From Mizuhopecten yessoensis (taxonomy: Eukaryota): a stretch of DNA of 64,000 bases. Each line of letters starts with the position of its first letter. The first letter of the stretch is position 1. The translations under genes and the position numbers were made by a program. A model generated the notes under the pieces. That model was not told the origin of the DNA, did no database searches, and saw only the letters and a program-made list of their open reading frames with translations. The stretch is from contig NW_018404550.1 in assembly GCF_002113885.1 (NCBI RefSeq), positions 1,686-65,685 on the forward strand, given 5' to 3'. This document shows positions 1 to 13,419 of the stretch, in pieces.

Positions 1-3000
1 GAGTAAAGATAGAAATCGTTCCGTCTACCGACCTGCTTAGTAATCAGTAAAGATCGAAATCGTTCAGCCTACCGACCTGCTTAGTAGTAAGTAAAGATAG
101 AAATCGTTCCGCCTACCGACCTGCTTAGTAATCAGTAAAGATCGAAATCGTCCCGCCTACCGACCAGCTCAGCAGTAAGGAAAAATCGAAATAGTTCCGT
201 CTACCGACTAGCTTAGTAGTGAGTAAAGATCGAAATAGTTCCGCATACCGACCAGCTAAGTAGTAAGTAAAGATCGAAATCGTCCCCACCTACCGACCAG
301 CTCAGTAGTAAGTAAAAAATCGAAATAGTTCCGCCTACCGACTAGCTTTGTAGTGAGTAAAGATCGAAATAGTTCCACCTACCGACCAGTTAAGTAGTAA
401 GTAAAGATCGTAATCGTACCGCCTACCGACCAGCTCAGTAGTAAGTAAAAATCGTAATCGTTCATCCTACCGACCAAATCAGTAGTGAGTAAAGATCGTA
501 ATCGTCCCGCCTACCGACTAGCTTAGTAGTGAGTAAAGATCGTAATCGTTGCGCCTACCGACCAAATCAGTAGTAAGTAAAGATCGAAATCGTTCCGCCT
601 ACCGACCAGCTTAGTAGTAAGTAAATATCGTAATCGTTCCGCCTACCGACCAGCTCAGTAGTAAGTGAAGATCGAAATCGTCCCCGCCTACCGACCAGCT
701 AAGTAGTGAGTAAAGATCGAAATCGTTCCGCCTATCGACCAACTCAGCAGTAAGTAAAGATCGAAATCGTTCCGCTTCCCGACCAACTTAATGGTAAGTA
801 AAGATCGTAATCGTTCCACCTACCGAACAGCTAAGTAGTAAGTAAAGATCGAAATCGTCCCGTCTACCGACCAGCTAAGTAGCAAGTAAAGATCGTAATC
901 GTTCCGCCTACCGACCAGCTTAGTAGTGAGTAAAGATCGAAATCGTTCCGCCTACCGACCAGCTTAATAGTGAGTAAAGATTGAAATAGTTCCGCTTACC
1001 GACCAGGTAAGTAGTAAGTAAAGATCGCAATCGTTCCGCCTACCGACCAGCTAAGTAGTAAGTAAAGATTGAAATCGTTCCGCTTACCGACCAGCTTAGT
1101 CATAAGTAAAGATCGAAATCGTCCCGCCTACCGACCAGCTTAGTAATAAGTAAAGATCGAAATAGTTCCGCCTACCGACCAGCTCAGTAGTAAGTGAAGA
1201 TCGAAATCGTCCCCGCCTACCGACCAGCTAGGTAGTCAGTAAAAATCGTAATCGTTCCGCCTACCGACCAGCTCAGTAGTAAGCAAAGATTGCAATCGTT
1301 CCGCCTACCGACCAGCTTAGTTGTGAGTAAAGATCGAAATCGTTGCACCTATCGACCAACTCAGTAGTTAGTAAAGATCGAAATAGTTCCGCTTACCGAC
1401 CAGCTAAGTAGTAAGTAAAGATCGAAATCGTTCCGCCTACCGACCAGCTAAGTAGTAAGTAAAGATCGAAATCTTTCCACTTACCGACCAGCTAAGTAGT
1501 AAGTAAAGATCGTAATCGTTCCGCCTACCGACCAGCTTAGTAGTAAGTAAATATCGTAATCGTCCAGCCTTCCGAACAGCTAAGTAGTAAGTAAAGATCG
1601 AAATCGTCCCGCCTACCGACTAGCTTAGTAGCAAGTAAAGATCGTAAACGTTCCGCCTACTAACCAGCTTAGTAGTGAGTAAAGATCGAAATTGTTCCGC
1701 TTACCGACCAGCTAAGTAGTGAGTATAGATAGAAATCGTTCCGCCTACCGACCAGCTTAGTAGTAAGTAAAGATCGTAATCGTTCCGCCTACCGACCAAC
1801 TTAGCAGTAAGTAAAGATCGTAATCGTTGCGCCTACCGACCAGCTCAGTAGTGAGTAAAGATCGTAATCGTTCCGCCCACCGACCAAATCAGTAGTAAGT
1901 AAGGATCGTATTCGTTCCGCCTACCGACCAACTTAGCAGTAAGTAAAGATCGAAATCTTTCCACTTACCGACCAGCTAAGTAGTAAGTAAAGATCGTAAT
2001 CGTTTCGCCTACCGACCAGCTTAGTAGAGAGTAAAGATCGAAATCATTCCGCTTACCGACCAGCTAAGTAGTGAGTATAGATAGAATTCGTTCCGCCTAC
2101 CTACCAGCTTAGTAGTAAGTAAAGATCGAAATCGTTTCGCCTACCGACCAGCTCAGTAGTAAGTAAAGATCGTAATCGTCCCGCCTACCGACCACCTCAG
2201 TAGTAAGTAAAAATCGTAATCGTTCCGCCTACCGACCAGCTAAGTAGTTAGTAAAGATCGTAATCGTCCCGCCTACCGACCACCTCAGTAGTAAGTAAAA
2301 ATCGTAATCGTTCCGCCTACCGACCAGCTTAGTAGTAAGTAAAAATCGTAATCGTTCCGCCTACCGACCAGGTTAGTAGTAAGTAAAGATCGTAATCGTT
2401 CCGGCCACCGACCAAATCACTAGTGAGTAAGGATCGTAATCGTTGCGCCTAACGACCAGCTCAGTCGTAAGTAAGGATCGTAATAGATCCGCCTACCGAC
2501 CAACTTAGCAGTAAGTAAAGATCGTTATCTTTCCGATTACCGATCAGCTCAGTAGTAAGTAAAGATCTTAATCGTTCCGCCTACCGACCAGCTAAGTAGT
2601 TAGTAAAGATCGTAATCGTCCCGCCTACCGACCAGCTTAGTAGTAACTAAAGATCGTAATCGTTCCGCCTACGACCCGCTTAGTAGTAAGTAAAGATCGT
2701 AATCGTTCCGCCTACGACCAGCTTAGGAGTAAGTAAAGATCGCAATCGTTCCGCCTACGACCAGCTTAGTAGTAAGAAAAGATCGAAATCGTCCCGCCTA
2801 CCGACCAGCTCAGCAGTAAGTAAAAATCGAAATAGTTCCGCCTACCGACTAGCTTAGTAGTGAGTAAAGATCGTAATCGTTGCGCCTACCGACCAAATCA
2901 GTAGTGAGTAAAGATCGTAATCGTTCCGCCCACCGACCAAATCACTAGTGAGTAAGGATCGTAATCGTTGCGCCTACCGACCAGCTCAGTAGTAAGTAAA

Positions 3001-3603
3001 AATCGTAATCGTTCCGCCTACCGACCAGCTTAGGAGTAAGTAAAGATCGTAATCGTTCCGCCTACCTACCAGCTTAGTAGTAAGTCTAAGTAGCAAGTAA
3101 AGATCGTAATCGTTCCGCCTACGTCCAGCTTAGTAGTAAGTAAAGATCGTAATCGTTCCGGCCACCGACCAAATCACTAGTGAGTAAGGATCGTAATCGT
3201 TGCGCCTACCGACCAAATCAGTAGTAAGTAAAGATCGTAATCGTTTCGCCTACCGATCAGCTCAGTAGTAAGTAAAGATCTTAATCGTTCCGCCTACCGA
3301 CCAGCTAAGTAGTGAGTAAAGATCGAAATCGTTCCGCCTACCGACCAGCTCAGGAGTAAGTAAAGATCGTAATCGTTCCGCCTACCGACCAGCTAAGTAG
3401 TTAGTAAATATCGTAATCGTCCCGCCTACCGACCAGCTTAGTAGTAAGTAAAGATCGTAATCGTTCCGCCTACGACCCGCTTAGTAGTAAGTAAAGATCG
3501 AAATCGTTTCGCCTACAGATCGTAATCGTTCCGCCTACCGACCAGCTAAGTAGTAAGTAAATATCGTAATCGTCCCGCCTACCTACCAACTTAGTAGTGA
3601 GTA
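1..3603. repeat. 44-bp tandem satellite (~80 copies, truncated by window start)
   Basis: Consensus AGTAAGTAAAGATCGTAATCGTTCCGCCTACCGACCAGCTTAGT repeated head-to-tail with point variants and no unique spacers. Confidence 0.97.
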
Positions 3604-5719
3604 ATATATATAACGAATATGTATGGTTTGCTGTTATATTAACTGGTCGCCGACCGAATAATGATTAGTTTTGATTCATCTCCAATTTTTTGAAATGATA
3701 ACAATCTTAGTGTACAATGTTGCGGTTAAAGGCATATATGATCTGGTATGCATGTGTGGTTTATATGAGTCACCTACTCTCCGGTTTTCCCACAATTTCT
3801 GGGTTTTACACTCGTGTCATATCGCTCTTCCTGTGATAAGGGACATAAACCCTACAAAGCCAGACACACAGGACACCGAGTTATTGTTCTTGTACCCTTT
3901 TTTTTTTACTTCAAAGGCGATATTTGGTCGTATACGGCATGATTTATCAGTCCTGGACAGCTATGGTGTTCACAGGCAGTGCGGAAGCTTGTCCATATGA
4001 AAATTTCATTACTGCATCCAATATTTGCAAAAATCAATGTGAAATAATTTCTTAATGTTATCGAAATGAGAGAAGCAATCGATCAGTTTTTATTTTTTTT
4101 ACAAATAAATTCATGTATTTAAGTTTGTTGTACTATTTCTATAACGTTGAGTTGTGTGTGCGCTGACGCTGTGGTATATTTTCAGATTGCAGCCCTTTCA
4201 CAAAGAAGTCATGAAGATAGTGTTCCGATGAACTTTTACATGAACCATTAAATACACTTAAATCAATTTAACACATAGTGGCAATGGTCAATATAACTTT
4301 TTGATTAAAATAATTATATCAGCAATATACCTTTTTTCAAATTGGATATTCTATAATGTGAATGCGTTCGAGTTAATTGTAGTGTCAGTGCTTTCTCACG
4401 AGTCGAGTTACAAGGATGATAAGAAAACAAATGCCCTTCATGCTTGAGCGTGTTGTTATTTTATGATACAATGTTGAGATAACCAGAAGAGAGTGTGTCC
4501 CGGTGTGGCCTGTCGGTCAGTAGTATAGTAGCTGTCGGTCAGTAGTATTGTAGCCTGGTGTAAACACTGTACATCACTACTACCTGTCAGGCCATAAAGC
4601 ACTTCACACGTGTCTAAAACACAGGTAGTGCCAGTCATGAACGTGTCTAACGTCACATCTCTCTCTCTCTCTAATACAACCGGTCCATGATTGTTGTATA
4701 ACAAAGAGTTCTGCTCCAGGTACAGTTGATAATGATAGGAGTATACAGCTTCTTGGTTATTTTCCTTAATCAATTCAGTACGTTTTGTGTTGGTAACATT
4801 TCAGGTAGATACCGCTTCTGTTTCACAACGTGCAACATTTCTCAGTAAGAATTGCTTGTATTTTGTTTATTTTGTTTTCACATTTTGACATTAACATAAT
4901 TAAATATTTACTGTATGTTTTATTTTTCTTGACAACACGGCATCAAATTAACTACCAACTGCAAACCATCTTTTAAACAGATGTTTCCCATTCCCTAAAA
5001 TGACATTTCTTACTATATATGCTTGCACTAAACAGTAATGGACGACATAAACTTTGATCCGCGTGCTACCGAATCCTGCTCAAACTGCCTGATATTCAGA
5101 CTAAAAAATCCCGCCGGTTGTTGTTGTTCCTCTTCCCGAATGGAGTAAACTCACATTAGACGTTTAGTCAAGGATCAATTTTAGTAGTGTCAAATGACAA
5201 AGCTGTTACCGACATACACATATGTGTCTGCAATTACTTAACAAGTAACGCCTGTTGGGTCGGCAATGTTGATTACACTTCGAAGACCCAGTCGACAAGT
5301 CTTAAAAACAATGACCACCCAGCTGTACAACTGACGTTTTAAAACTATTATCGATATAGACTCACCTTGTTTAAATTAAATTCCAAATTGAACTAGCGCC
5401 CTTCAAACATTGTTTCATTTCGAATATATCACAGTAAGATACATTTCATGACACTGCCGATTCACGGAAAATACAATATTATGAAGATCTTCCGAAGAAC
5501 TCCAAATTGTACACTACCATGAAATGCAAATACAATTATTATACCGTTAAACCTCCCACTACTAGAAAGAGCGTGATCATTTCCCGATGAGAAATTGTTT
5601 ATTCGACTACTTTTTTCGTCGACTTTAGGGGAATAGTACTTCAACAGATCATGATGTATTTACAGGTTAAGAATGGTGAAGGGGTAGGGGAAAATATTCT
5701 TGACCATTTCTCGATTTCA

Positions 5720-5945
5720 AATGAAGGTATAGATGTATATTGATGATATTTCTAATGAAGGTATAGATGTATATTGATGATATTTCTAATGAAGGTATAG
5801 ATGTATATTGATGATGAAGGTATAGATGTATATTGATGATGAAGGTATAGATGTATATTGATGATGAAGGTATAGATGTATATTGATGATGAAGGTATAG
5901 ATGTATATCGATGATGAAGATATAGATGTATATTGATGATGAAGT
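5720..5945. repeat. 25/34-bp minisatellite
   Basis: GAAGGTATAGATGTATATTGATGAT units; the first units are 34 bp with added ATTTCTAAT. Confidence 0.9.
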
Positions 5946-6234
5946 TGATATACTTACTGACACATAGTTTGTCCTTCAGTTCTTTTATTATTATTTTATG
6001 AATGTGGACCCAAACATTGAAGACACTAGATTCGTATCTAGAAACTTAATTCAAGTACGGCAATAACGCTGACTTTACTAAAACTGACAACAGTAACAAT
6101 AAATAGATGACGATCGTTCAGAGCAGCCTGCCAACATATTAGAATTGTTCATCCTCGCATAATATAAGACTTCGCATTAGTAACATACCAGCTTCCCCTA
6201 ATATTAGATTGTGCTTACAATGATTGAATCGGTA

Positions 6235-6582
6235 CAATACTAAACTACGTACTCAGGACATCATACTACGTACTCAGGACATCAAACTTCGTACTCAGGA
6301 CATCATACTACGTACTCAGGACATCATACAACGTACTCGGGACATCATATTAGTTACTCAGGACATCATACTACGTACCCAGGACATCAAACTACATACC
6401 CAGGACATAAAACTACGTACCCAGGACATCATACTAGGTACTCAGGACATCATACTAGGTACTCAGGACATCATACTACGTACTCAGGACATCATACTAG
6501 GTACTCAGGACATTATACTACATACTCAGGACATCATACTACGTACTCAGGACATCATACTACGTACTCAGGACATCATACC
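6235..6582. repeat. 21-bp minisatellite
   Basis: TCAGGACATCATACTACGTAC x~16; explains the spurious LRTQDII ORF. Confidence 0.93.
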
Positions 6583-9500
6583 AAGAATCAACACTTATTG
6601 TTACACCTCAAGTGAATTTCTAGCTATTTGATTGGTTGGGAGAAAATTAAACAAAAATCTCTGTCACCCTCCGAAAATACATTCGCCTCGGGTGACAATG
6701 GTTTTCTCGGGTTGACAATATTCACTGTCACCTGCTAATGAATGTCATATTTATATAATGTATGGTTGCCATATTGATCTGATGGTCGTATAGTTTATGT
6801 AAAATGTTATGAACTGATGCGATGTTACTTACAAGTATGTTCTTGTTATTAAACCTGTGACTTCAGTGACTGATAGTTCTATAGTATATACAGGGTATTG
6901 TTAGTCTGCGTTAGTTTGTCCCTGTATATATAAAGGCTATAGTCACCTTTATCATGGCAAACAAAACAGAAGAAAACATTAACTATGGAATATGTTTGCT
7001 GATGTTGTAGCTATCCCTTCGGCTGGCTGGGAGCCGAAGGCTGCTTTTGATAAAAACCTCCATAATAGATAATACGAATAGTGGTGAGTCGATCAAAGCG
7101 AACTGTGAAAGAACTCAGTGTGGTAAAAAGGGGGTGTCTGTCACGACGGGATGGCAGAAGGGCATGTTTTTATTTTATTTAATCTTATCTTTCAACTCAC
7201 GATATTGAATAAATTATTAACTACATATTGTGATGGTGTTATGATATATGCGTTATAATAGCACTTTTGTCTTTATTCATGGTTATTTATAACTTTAAAA
7301 TTATTCTTATTTTTCAACAAGCTCGATTTTGAATAAATCTATTAAACTTATTATTCGACAGGCTTTTAAATTAATACTTTTGTTTTGATTGTGTATACAC
7401 TGCACTTTCCTGATCCTGCAGTAAATCAGTCGACAATAAATAGAACACAGATTGATGCCCTGACCGATATGGCTGTCAACACAGACAGGTTATTGTTTCT
7501 ATATTGGATGACAGATGACCGAGGCTAATTCAAACGTATCAGGTATCACGTAACAACGTAACTCTCTTTAACCGAGAATATTGTTTGTGATTTTATATTA
7601 CATGCAATAGTTGTTATTTTGTATTAATTTTGCTTATGTTTATGCAATAATTACATGTGATTACATGTATAAGCTTTGATCATTAATGAGTTGTAATTAA
7701 TTGTCGTTATGTAATTGTTTTGATTCTGCATTGGGTGTAATTGTGTTCTAATTATGTCTTATATGTGATAATGTACTATATTTGATAATGTATTGGATTT
7801 AGCCATGCATTAAAATTGTATTTGATTTGATCATGTATTTATTTTAATAGTGATGTTATCAAAACAATGTGTCTGGTTGTTTACTCGAGAAGACTCTAAG
7901 TTATGGTGAGTCTTTTATGATTTACATTGACATAAAAGTCAATTAATATAGAAAACGAATTTATTTTCCCAAAGGGGTTGTCCAGTGTTTTTTAATGTGA
8001 ACAGAGTATTTACCCGATAAGGCATTTCCCCCTGAGTTAACACAGCTAGTCTAAGTATATTTGTCATACACTATAATAACAAATGGTGAAGACAAGGGGA
8101 ATTAGTAAATTAGAAGTAAAAATTATTTTACAGCTAGTTTCAAATTTTCTGATTCGTCAAAGAACGACGAATCGTTGAGGATAAAAACAAACGCGATGCT
8201 GAGAACAGCGAAGATTTAATTATTTAACCTGGCACGAATCGATCAGACATACTCTAATCTCAACCGTCAGATATACACATTTGTTTAAAATCATGTTGTA
8301 TTTATAAATATATACTTCCAGTCAGACAATTCCTCAGTTTTACATAGGCTTGGTGAACTAGTTACATCATCTTTTAAAGGTTTATATACATTTGACCAAG
8401 CCTTATTAACATTGATGATACGTCTGCATTCTTTGAACATGTATCATAACATGGTACTAATGAAATCGTCACCTATACCAATTCGCAATGATAAAACACA
8501 ATTTCCTGGTTTAAATAAACCGGAAATAAAACACAAAAGATAACCAAAGTGTGAATAAAATGGTAATGCGAATTCGAAATTGATGGAGCTAGATAAGAAT
8601 TAGAACCAAAAGAAGAAGAAGATAAACATGGAAATTAAGGCACAAGAGACGGAAGAAGAAGAAGACCAAGCGTGCCGGAAGGGTAAGGATACTAATCTTC
8701 TTTATTGACGACACCAGTCATGTTACTCTAATCAAATCAAATTGATATCACGTCCTCGTAGGGATAACTTTCAAAAACCCCAATTATAAGTGTTCGTTAT
8801 ACAGTGTCCTTTAAAGGGGTTCAATTAAACTTACTATTATGTTGAGAACCGGAAGCCATCAGGAAATGAAAAACGAGAATAAAGTTATTTTAGTCTATTT
8901 TGTCAACTGTAATATTCGTTTAATGGGTTGTGCGTGTCAATGTTTTCGGTATAGAGGCACACCAAGCTGACACCTATGTACCGTAAAAGTGTCACTAGCC
9001 GTATACGATTTTACAAGATTTTGGTCCCCGTTGACATTTTCACCGCTTAGCTGACCACCGAACCTGGTGATAACGGACACGAGGGCAGAGAGGCTTGGTT
9101 CCTTGGTATTGCCTCTAAACAATACACACGTGACTCACTCACGACCCCACACACAGGGACTATTGCATGGTGCATCCAAAAGAAACCTGCGTTTTTCTTC
9201 ATTCAACGCCAGAAAGGGTCCATGAATTAACATGTAACTGTATGTCGGGGGCTTCCACACAGAATGAAGGTAATTCTTACTTTCAAATGGAAATAACACA
9301 GCGTCATGAAATTATACTAGACATGTCTTTCAATGGTTTGTGAGGACTGTATGAGGTTTCCAACCTTCCGGGCAGGGATTCCAAATCGGAATTCCCAAGC
9401 TTGGAGGTTTGGTTTGGAGTTTTTTTTCTGAAAAACAGAAAACGCCTTTACGTATATGACATGTGAGTATCTTTCAGTGCACGTCACGCTATTTGTATTT

Positions 9501-9764
9501 TTTTTACTGTATAATGCAGTCTCATTGTCAAAATTAACAAACTGTCTCCTTTGAAAGATGGTGTACAAATTACAACAATTATGTTCATTCTCAGTCAGTG
9601 CAATAAACACATTTGTGTTAAGGTGGGTTAGGAAGTCAGAATATTGCATGTAATTGTAGGTTGGTTATAATGTAGTTTGGAGTCAGTATATAACAAACGT
9701 ATTTGTTATGATGCAAGTATGAAGTCAGTCATTACTAGTGATATTGTAATACTAGGTGAATATG

Positions 9765-10620
9765 ATATGGTGGTATTAGGTAAATATAACATGATAAAAT
9801 AAGGAAATATAATATGGTAATATAAGGTTGATATATTATGATGATATTAGGTAAATACGATATGGTAATATTAAGTAAATACGATATAGTTATACTAGGT
9901 AAATATGATATGGTAATATTAGGTAAATATGATATGGTTATGCTAGGTAAATATGATATGGTAATATAAGGTAAATATGATATGGTTATACTAGGTAAAT
10001 ATGATTTGGTAATATTAGGTAAATACGATATGGTAATATTAGGTAAATATGATATGGTCATATTAGGTAAATATGATATGGTAATATTAGGTAAATATAA
10101 TATGGTAATACTAGGTAAATATGATATGGTAATATTAGGTAAATATGAAATGGTAATATTAGGTAAATATGATATGGTAATATTAGGTAAATATGATATG
10201 GTCATATTAGGTAAATATGATATGGTAATATAAGGTAAATATGATATGGTAATACTAGGTTAACACCATATGGTAATATTAGGTAAATATGATATGGTAA
10301 TATTAGGTAAATATGATATGGTAAAATCAGGTAAATATGATATGGTCATATTAGGTAAATATGATATGGTAATAATAGGTAAATATGAAAGGGTAATATT
10401 AGGTTAAATAATTATGATATGGTAATATTAGGTAAATATGATATGGTAATATTAGGTAAATATGATATGGTTGTATTAGGTAAATATGATATGGTAATAT
10501 TAGGTAAATATGAAATGGTAATATTAGGTGAATTTGATATGGTAATATTAGGTTAATACGATATGGTAATATTAGGTAAATATGATATGGTAATTTAAGG
10601 TGAATTTGATATGGTAATAT
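9765..10620. repeat. 24-bp minisatellite
   Basis: TAGGTAAATATGATATGGTAATAT x~35. Confidence 0.95.
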
Positions 10621-10813
10621 AATTTAAGATATTGTAATGAGGTAAACTATAAACAAAATTGATTGGCAAGAATAACAATCGGAGTCAGGGAAAAGGAAGT
10701 CGTAATTAAATTTAAATTTTAACATAATTTAAATTTATCAAAAGTACAACTGTTTTTTAATGAACTTTTCGGTATGATAATTACAAGCATTTGCCTGTCA
10801 TGGTGTAATCCTG

Positions 10814-10891
10814 AATGTAATATCTACAGTGATACTGCTACAGCTAGGAAAATGTAATATCTACAGTGATACTGCTACAGCTAGGAAAATG
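10814..10891. repeat. 37-bp direct duplication
   Basis: AATGTAATATCTACAGTGATACTGCTACAGCTAGGAA occurs twice in tandem. Confidence 0.85.
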
Positions 10892-13150
10892 CTGTGGTCA
10901 TAAACAAGCATGTTTGACATGTCTGTATCAAACAGGTCATGAATTGTATTAAGATTTCTTATTGTATGAGGATATGGAAATGTTATAAACTGATGTCTTC
11001 ATGCTGGACTATTGTAATGTCAATGGTGCAGAATTGTCCACTGCAGGAGACGCACTACCACCAGTCATGAGCCTATCGACTCAGACATATAAACACTTGG
11101 TTTGATTTTTCAAGGTAAGCATGATGTACTTATAAGCATGTACATTCGTCTAGTAAACCAATATACGTTATTACCTTGTGTTTGTACCATGTATATATTA
11201 TCAACTTATTCCAAGGAACACAGAGTCGATAGACACGTGGTATAACGCTATCTAACCTTAGCTTAGTTTCTCTATTTCTGTGCCGCTAATGAATCGCTAA
11301 CTTTTCAGGAGTTTTATTTGATATCAGAATCAAGACCTCATATGTTAATAAGTTATCGAAGATTCAAAAGAGTAAGTAAATTAAATGTGCCGTTAATTTT
11401 TAAATCTAAGTATATCGTTATTGATAGTCACATATAAAGTTATTTAGAGTATAGAATGGTCACGAGGTATCTCCTAAAGCCTAGTCAGGGGCTGCTGACC
11501 ACTCTGATACTGAGGTTCATCGTAGTATCAAAGGCAGTAATGGTAATAAACTGGGCACAGTGGCGACAGTCCTTTTGTATAGTAAACGCCCGTTTCTTGT
11601 TCGAACAGTTACTTAGTATTATACTACAAAAGGTGACTTCGTTAATCAATACAGCTCTGATACATTTTTCCTTTAGTTTTGATCTTTTTAAGAAAAAAGA
11701 ATGTAAACTTTACTCCTGAGATTACATTTATAAAATTTTGAGATTGATACAGTATGCAAAAAACTATTTATACTGCATTATACAGCCGTCCCGTCCTTTT
11801 ATGACTGATCGGTAATGCTAGGGGCCACAAAGGTGAAATCCAAATAGAAAACACATTTGTAAGAAAAGAACTTATAAAATAGAACTAGAAATAATTCTTG
11901 CAACTGAATAAGTGTATAGATGATTTGGAAATGGGATGTTCCTGACATCCTATGCTTTTATTTTATTTTCTCCCATGTGTCTTTTCTTACCTTGTTCAGT
12001 TTATTCTTACCAGTGTGTTCTATAAACTTACATTATGGTTATCAATTTGCTAGTTCCCACTTTATATATGCATTATATTTGCATTACCACCCATCTATTA
12101 ATGAACGCGCGCTGCTGTAGTAGACGTTTAACTTTATGATCTGATGACAAACCAGCACAGTTAGTAATCTAATAGGACGGAGTGCTGAGTAGATATTTTA
12201 TGTCGTTGTTGTTGGTGATGATTGTTATTTTCACAGACTAGTTATCCTATATCCACCAATACAGAAATGAAACAAATTAGCTAAAATGCATCAACATATT
12301 CCACTTAAATTTCACTCCATTTTCGTAATGGAAACAAAATCCTTTTCTTTTTGTTGATGAGAAATACTACAAGTATTTCCGGAGCATAATTTTCTGTAGA
12401 CTATTGTCAAACCATCAAAGTCGCCGTCTTGATATCATGTGTGGTATTTAATGGCGTGACAGTGCCATGTAGAAGTGTATGACGTGAAGTGTATTGTCTT
12501 CTGTATTACGTCACACTGGAATATACACAAAAATATGATAACGGTCACATAGATGTACAATAAAATAATCACACGAAACAACCGGTATCATAGTGTATGC
12601 TAAAATTGGTTAGGCTGACAATACTTACAACTAGCCTACATTTAATCTTTTGACTTTACTTATTATACTAAAGTCTATATAAGACATAGAAAAAAACATG
12701 TATTTGCTACCAATCGTAATATACCTCTATAAATGTTCAGTATTGAGTAAATATGCCACCATTGATCTAGTGTCATAACGTTATACTATACACAATCAAC
12801 AGCACTATATATATACACACTTCTGCTGTGACTAACCAGACGATTATATCTAACCGACCATTTATACGTATCTAATAACGTTACACATGCATTGCCATAT
12901 CCCACAAACAAAGCCCAGCGCTAAACCCATTCACACTGGAGTAATGGTCTGATGCCTATGTGTAACTGAACAAAGATCTCAACAAAACCTGATTTAAAAC
13001 AAATGCTAACGGAACAGTCGCTACACACCGCTCGCGATATTTCGGGTACCGACGGAAGGTCGGTAGACAGTGCAGACATACAGAAGAGCAGGAGAGGAAA
13101 CACAGGCGAACAGCCAAAGCTATACAGAGAACCAAATATTGGGAGAAAAT

Positions 13151-13407
13151 AGTAAGTTATATCTTGGTATATCACGTGTGTTTATATCTATTTGATGTGC
13201 AAATGTTTGACACACTATAAGAGAATGCTATTTTTTTGTGTAAATATTGCACATCTTTAGATACATGTTTTATTTCTACTGGTTGTTAAACGTAGAACAC
13301 GAGCTATTTTTAGCCCCTAGTGTACAAACGTTTCCACTGCATATCAGACTGTTTGCATATTTTGTCTGTTGTTTCCTGATGTTAATATTCGTCATCTCTC
13401 GTTTCAG
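13151..13407 (+). other. Predicted 5'-UTR intron of cGLR-like gene 1
   Basis: Donor ATA|GTAAGT at 13151. Pyrimidine tract plus TTTCAG acceptor ends at 13407, 12 nt before ATG 13420. Confidence 0.6.
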
Positions 13408-13419
13408 ACGGCCTTCATC

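Noticed and set aside
1-3603. CRISPR-like array
   Set aside because: Units are contiguous with no unique spacers, there are no cas genes, and the context is eukaryotic. The same applies to 41086-46298.
4186-4251. Possible terminal exon after TTTTCAG
   Set aside because: Short, with no recognisable homology or partner exons.
7016-7040. 9-bp GC hairpin (terminator or Helitron end)
   Set aside because: No CTAG terminus at the expected distance, and intrinsic terminators are irrelevant in this eukaryotic context.
6224-10233. Repetitive ORFs (LRTQDII, ITISYLPN, MVILGKYD)
   Set aside because: By-products of 21- and 24-bp minisatellites whose unit lengths are multiples of three.
12260-12275. ISRE/IRF-like GAAATGAAAC (similar motifs near 23228 and 62063)
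   Set aside because: Expected by chance in AT-rich DNA, with no positional support.
13369-13419. N-terminal extension of gene 1 in the ORF track
   Set aside because: Starts at a non-ATG codon and spans a polypyrimidine tract and splice acceptor.
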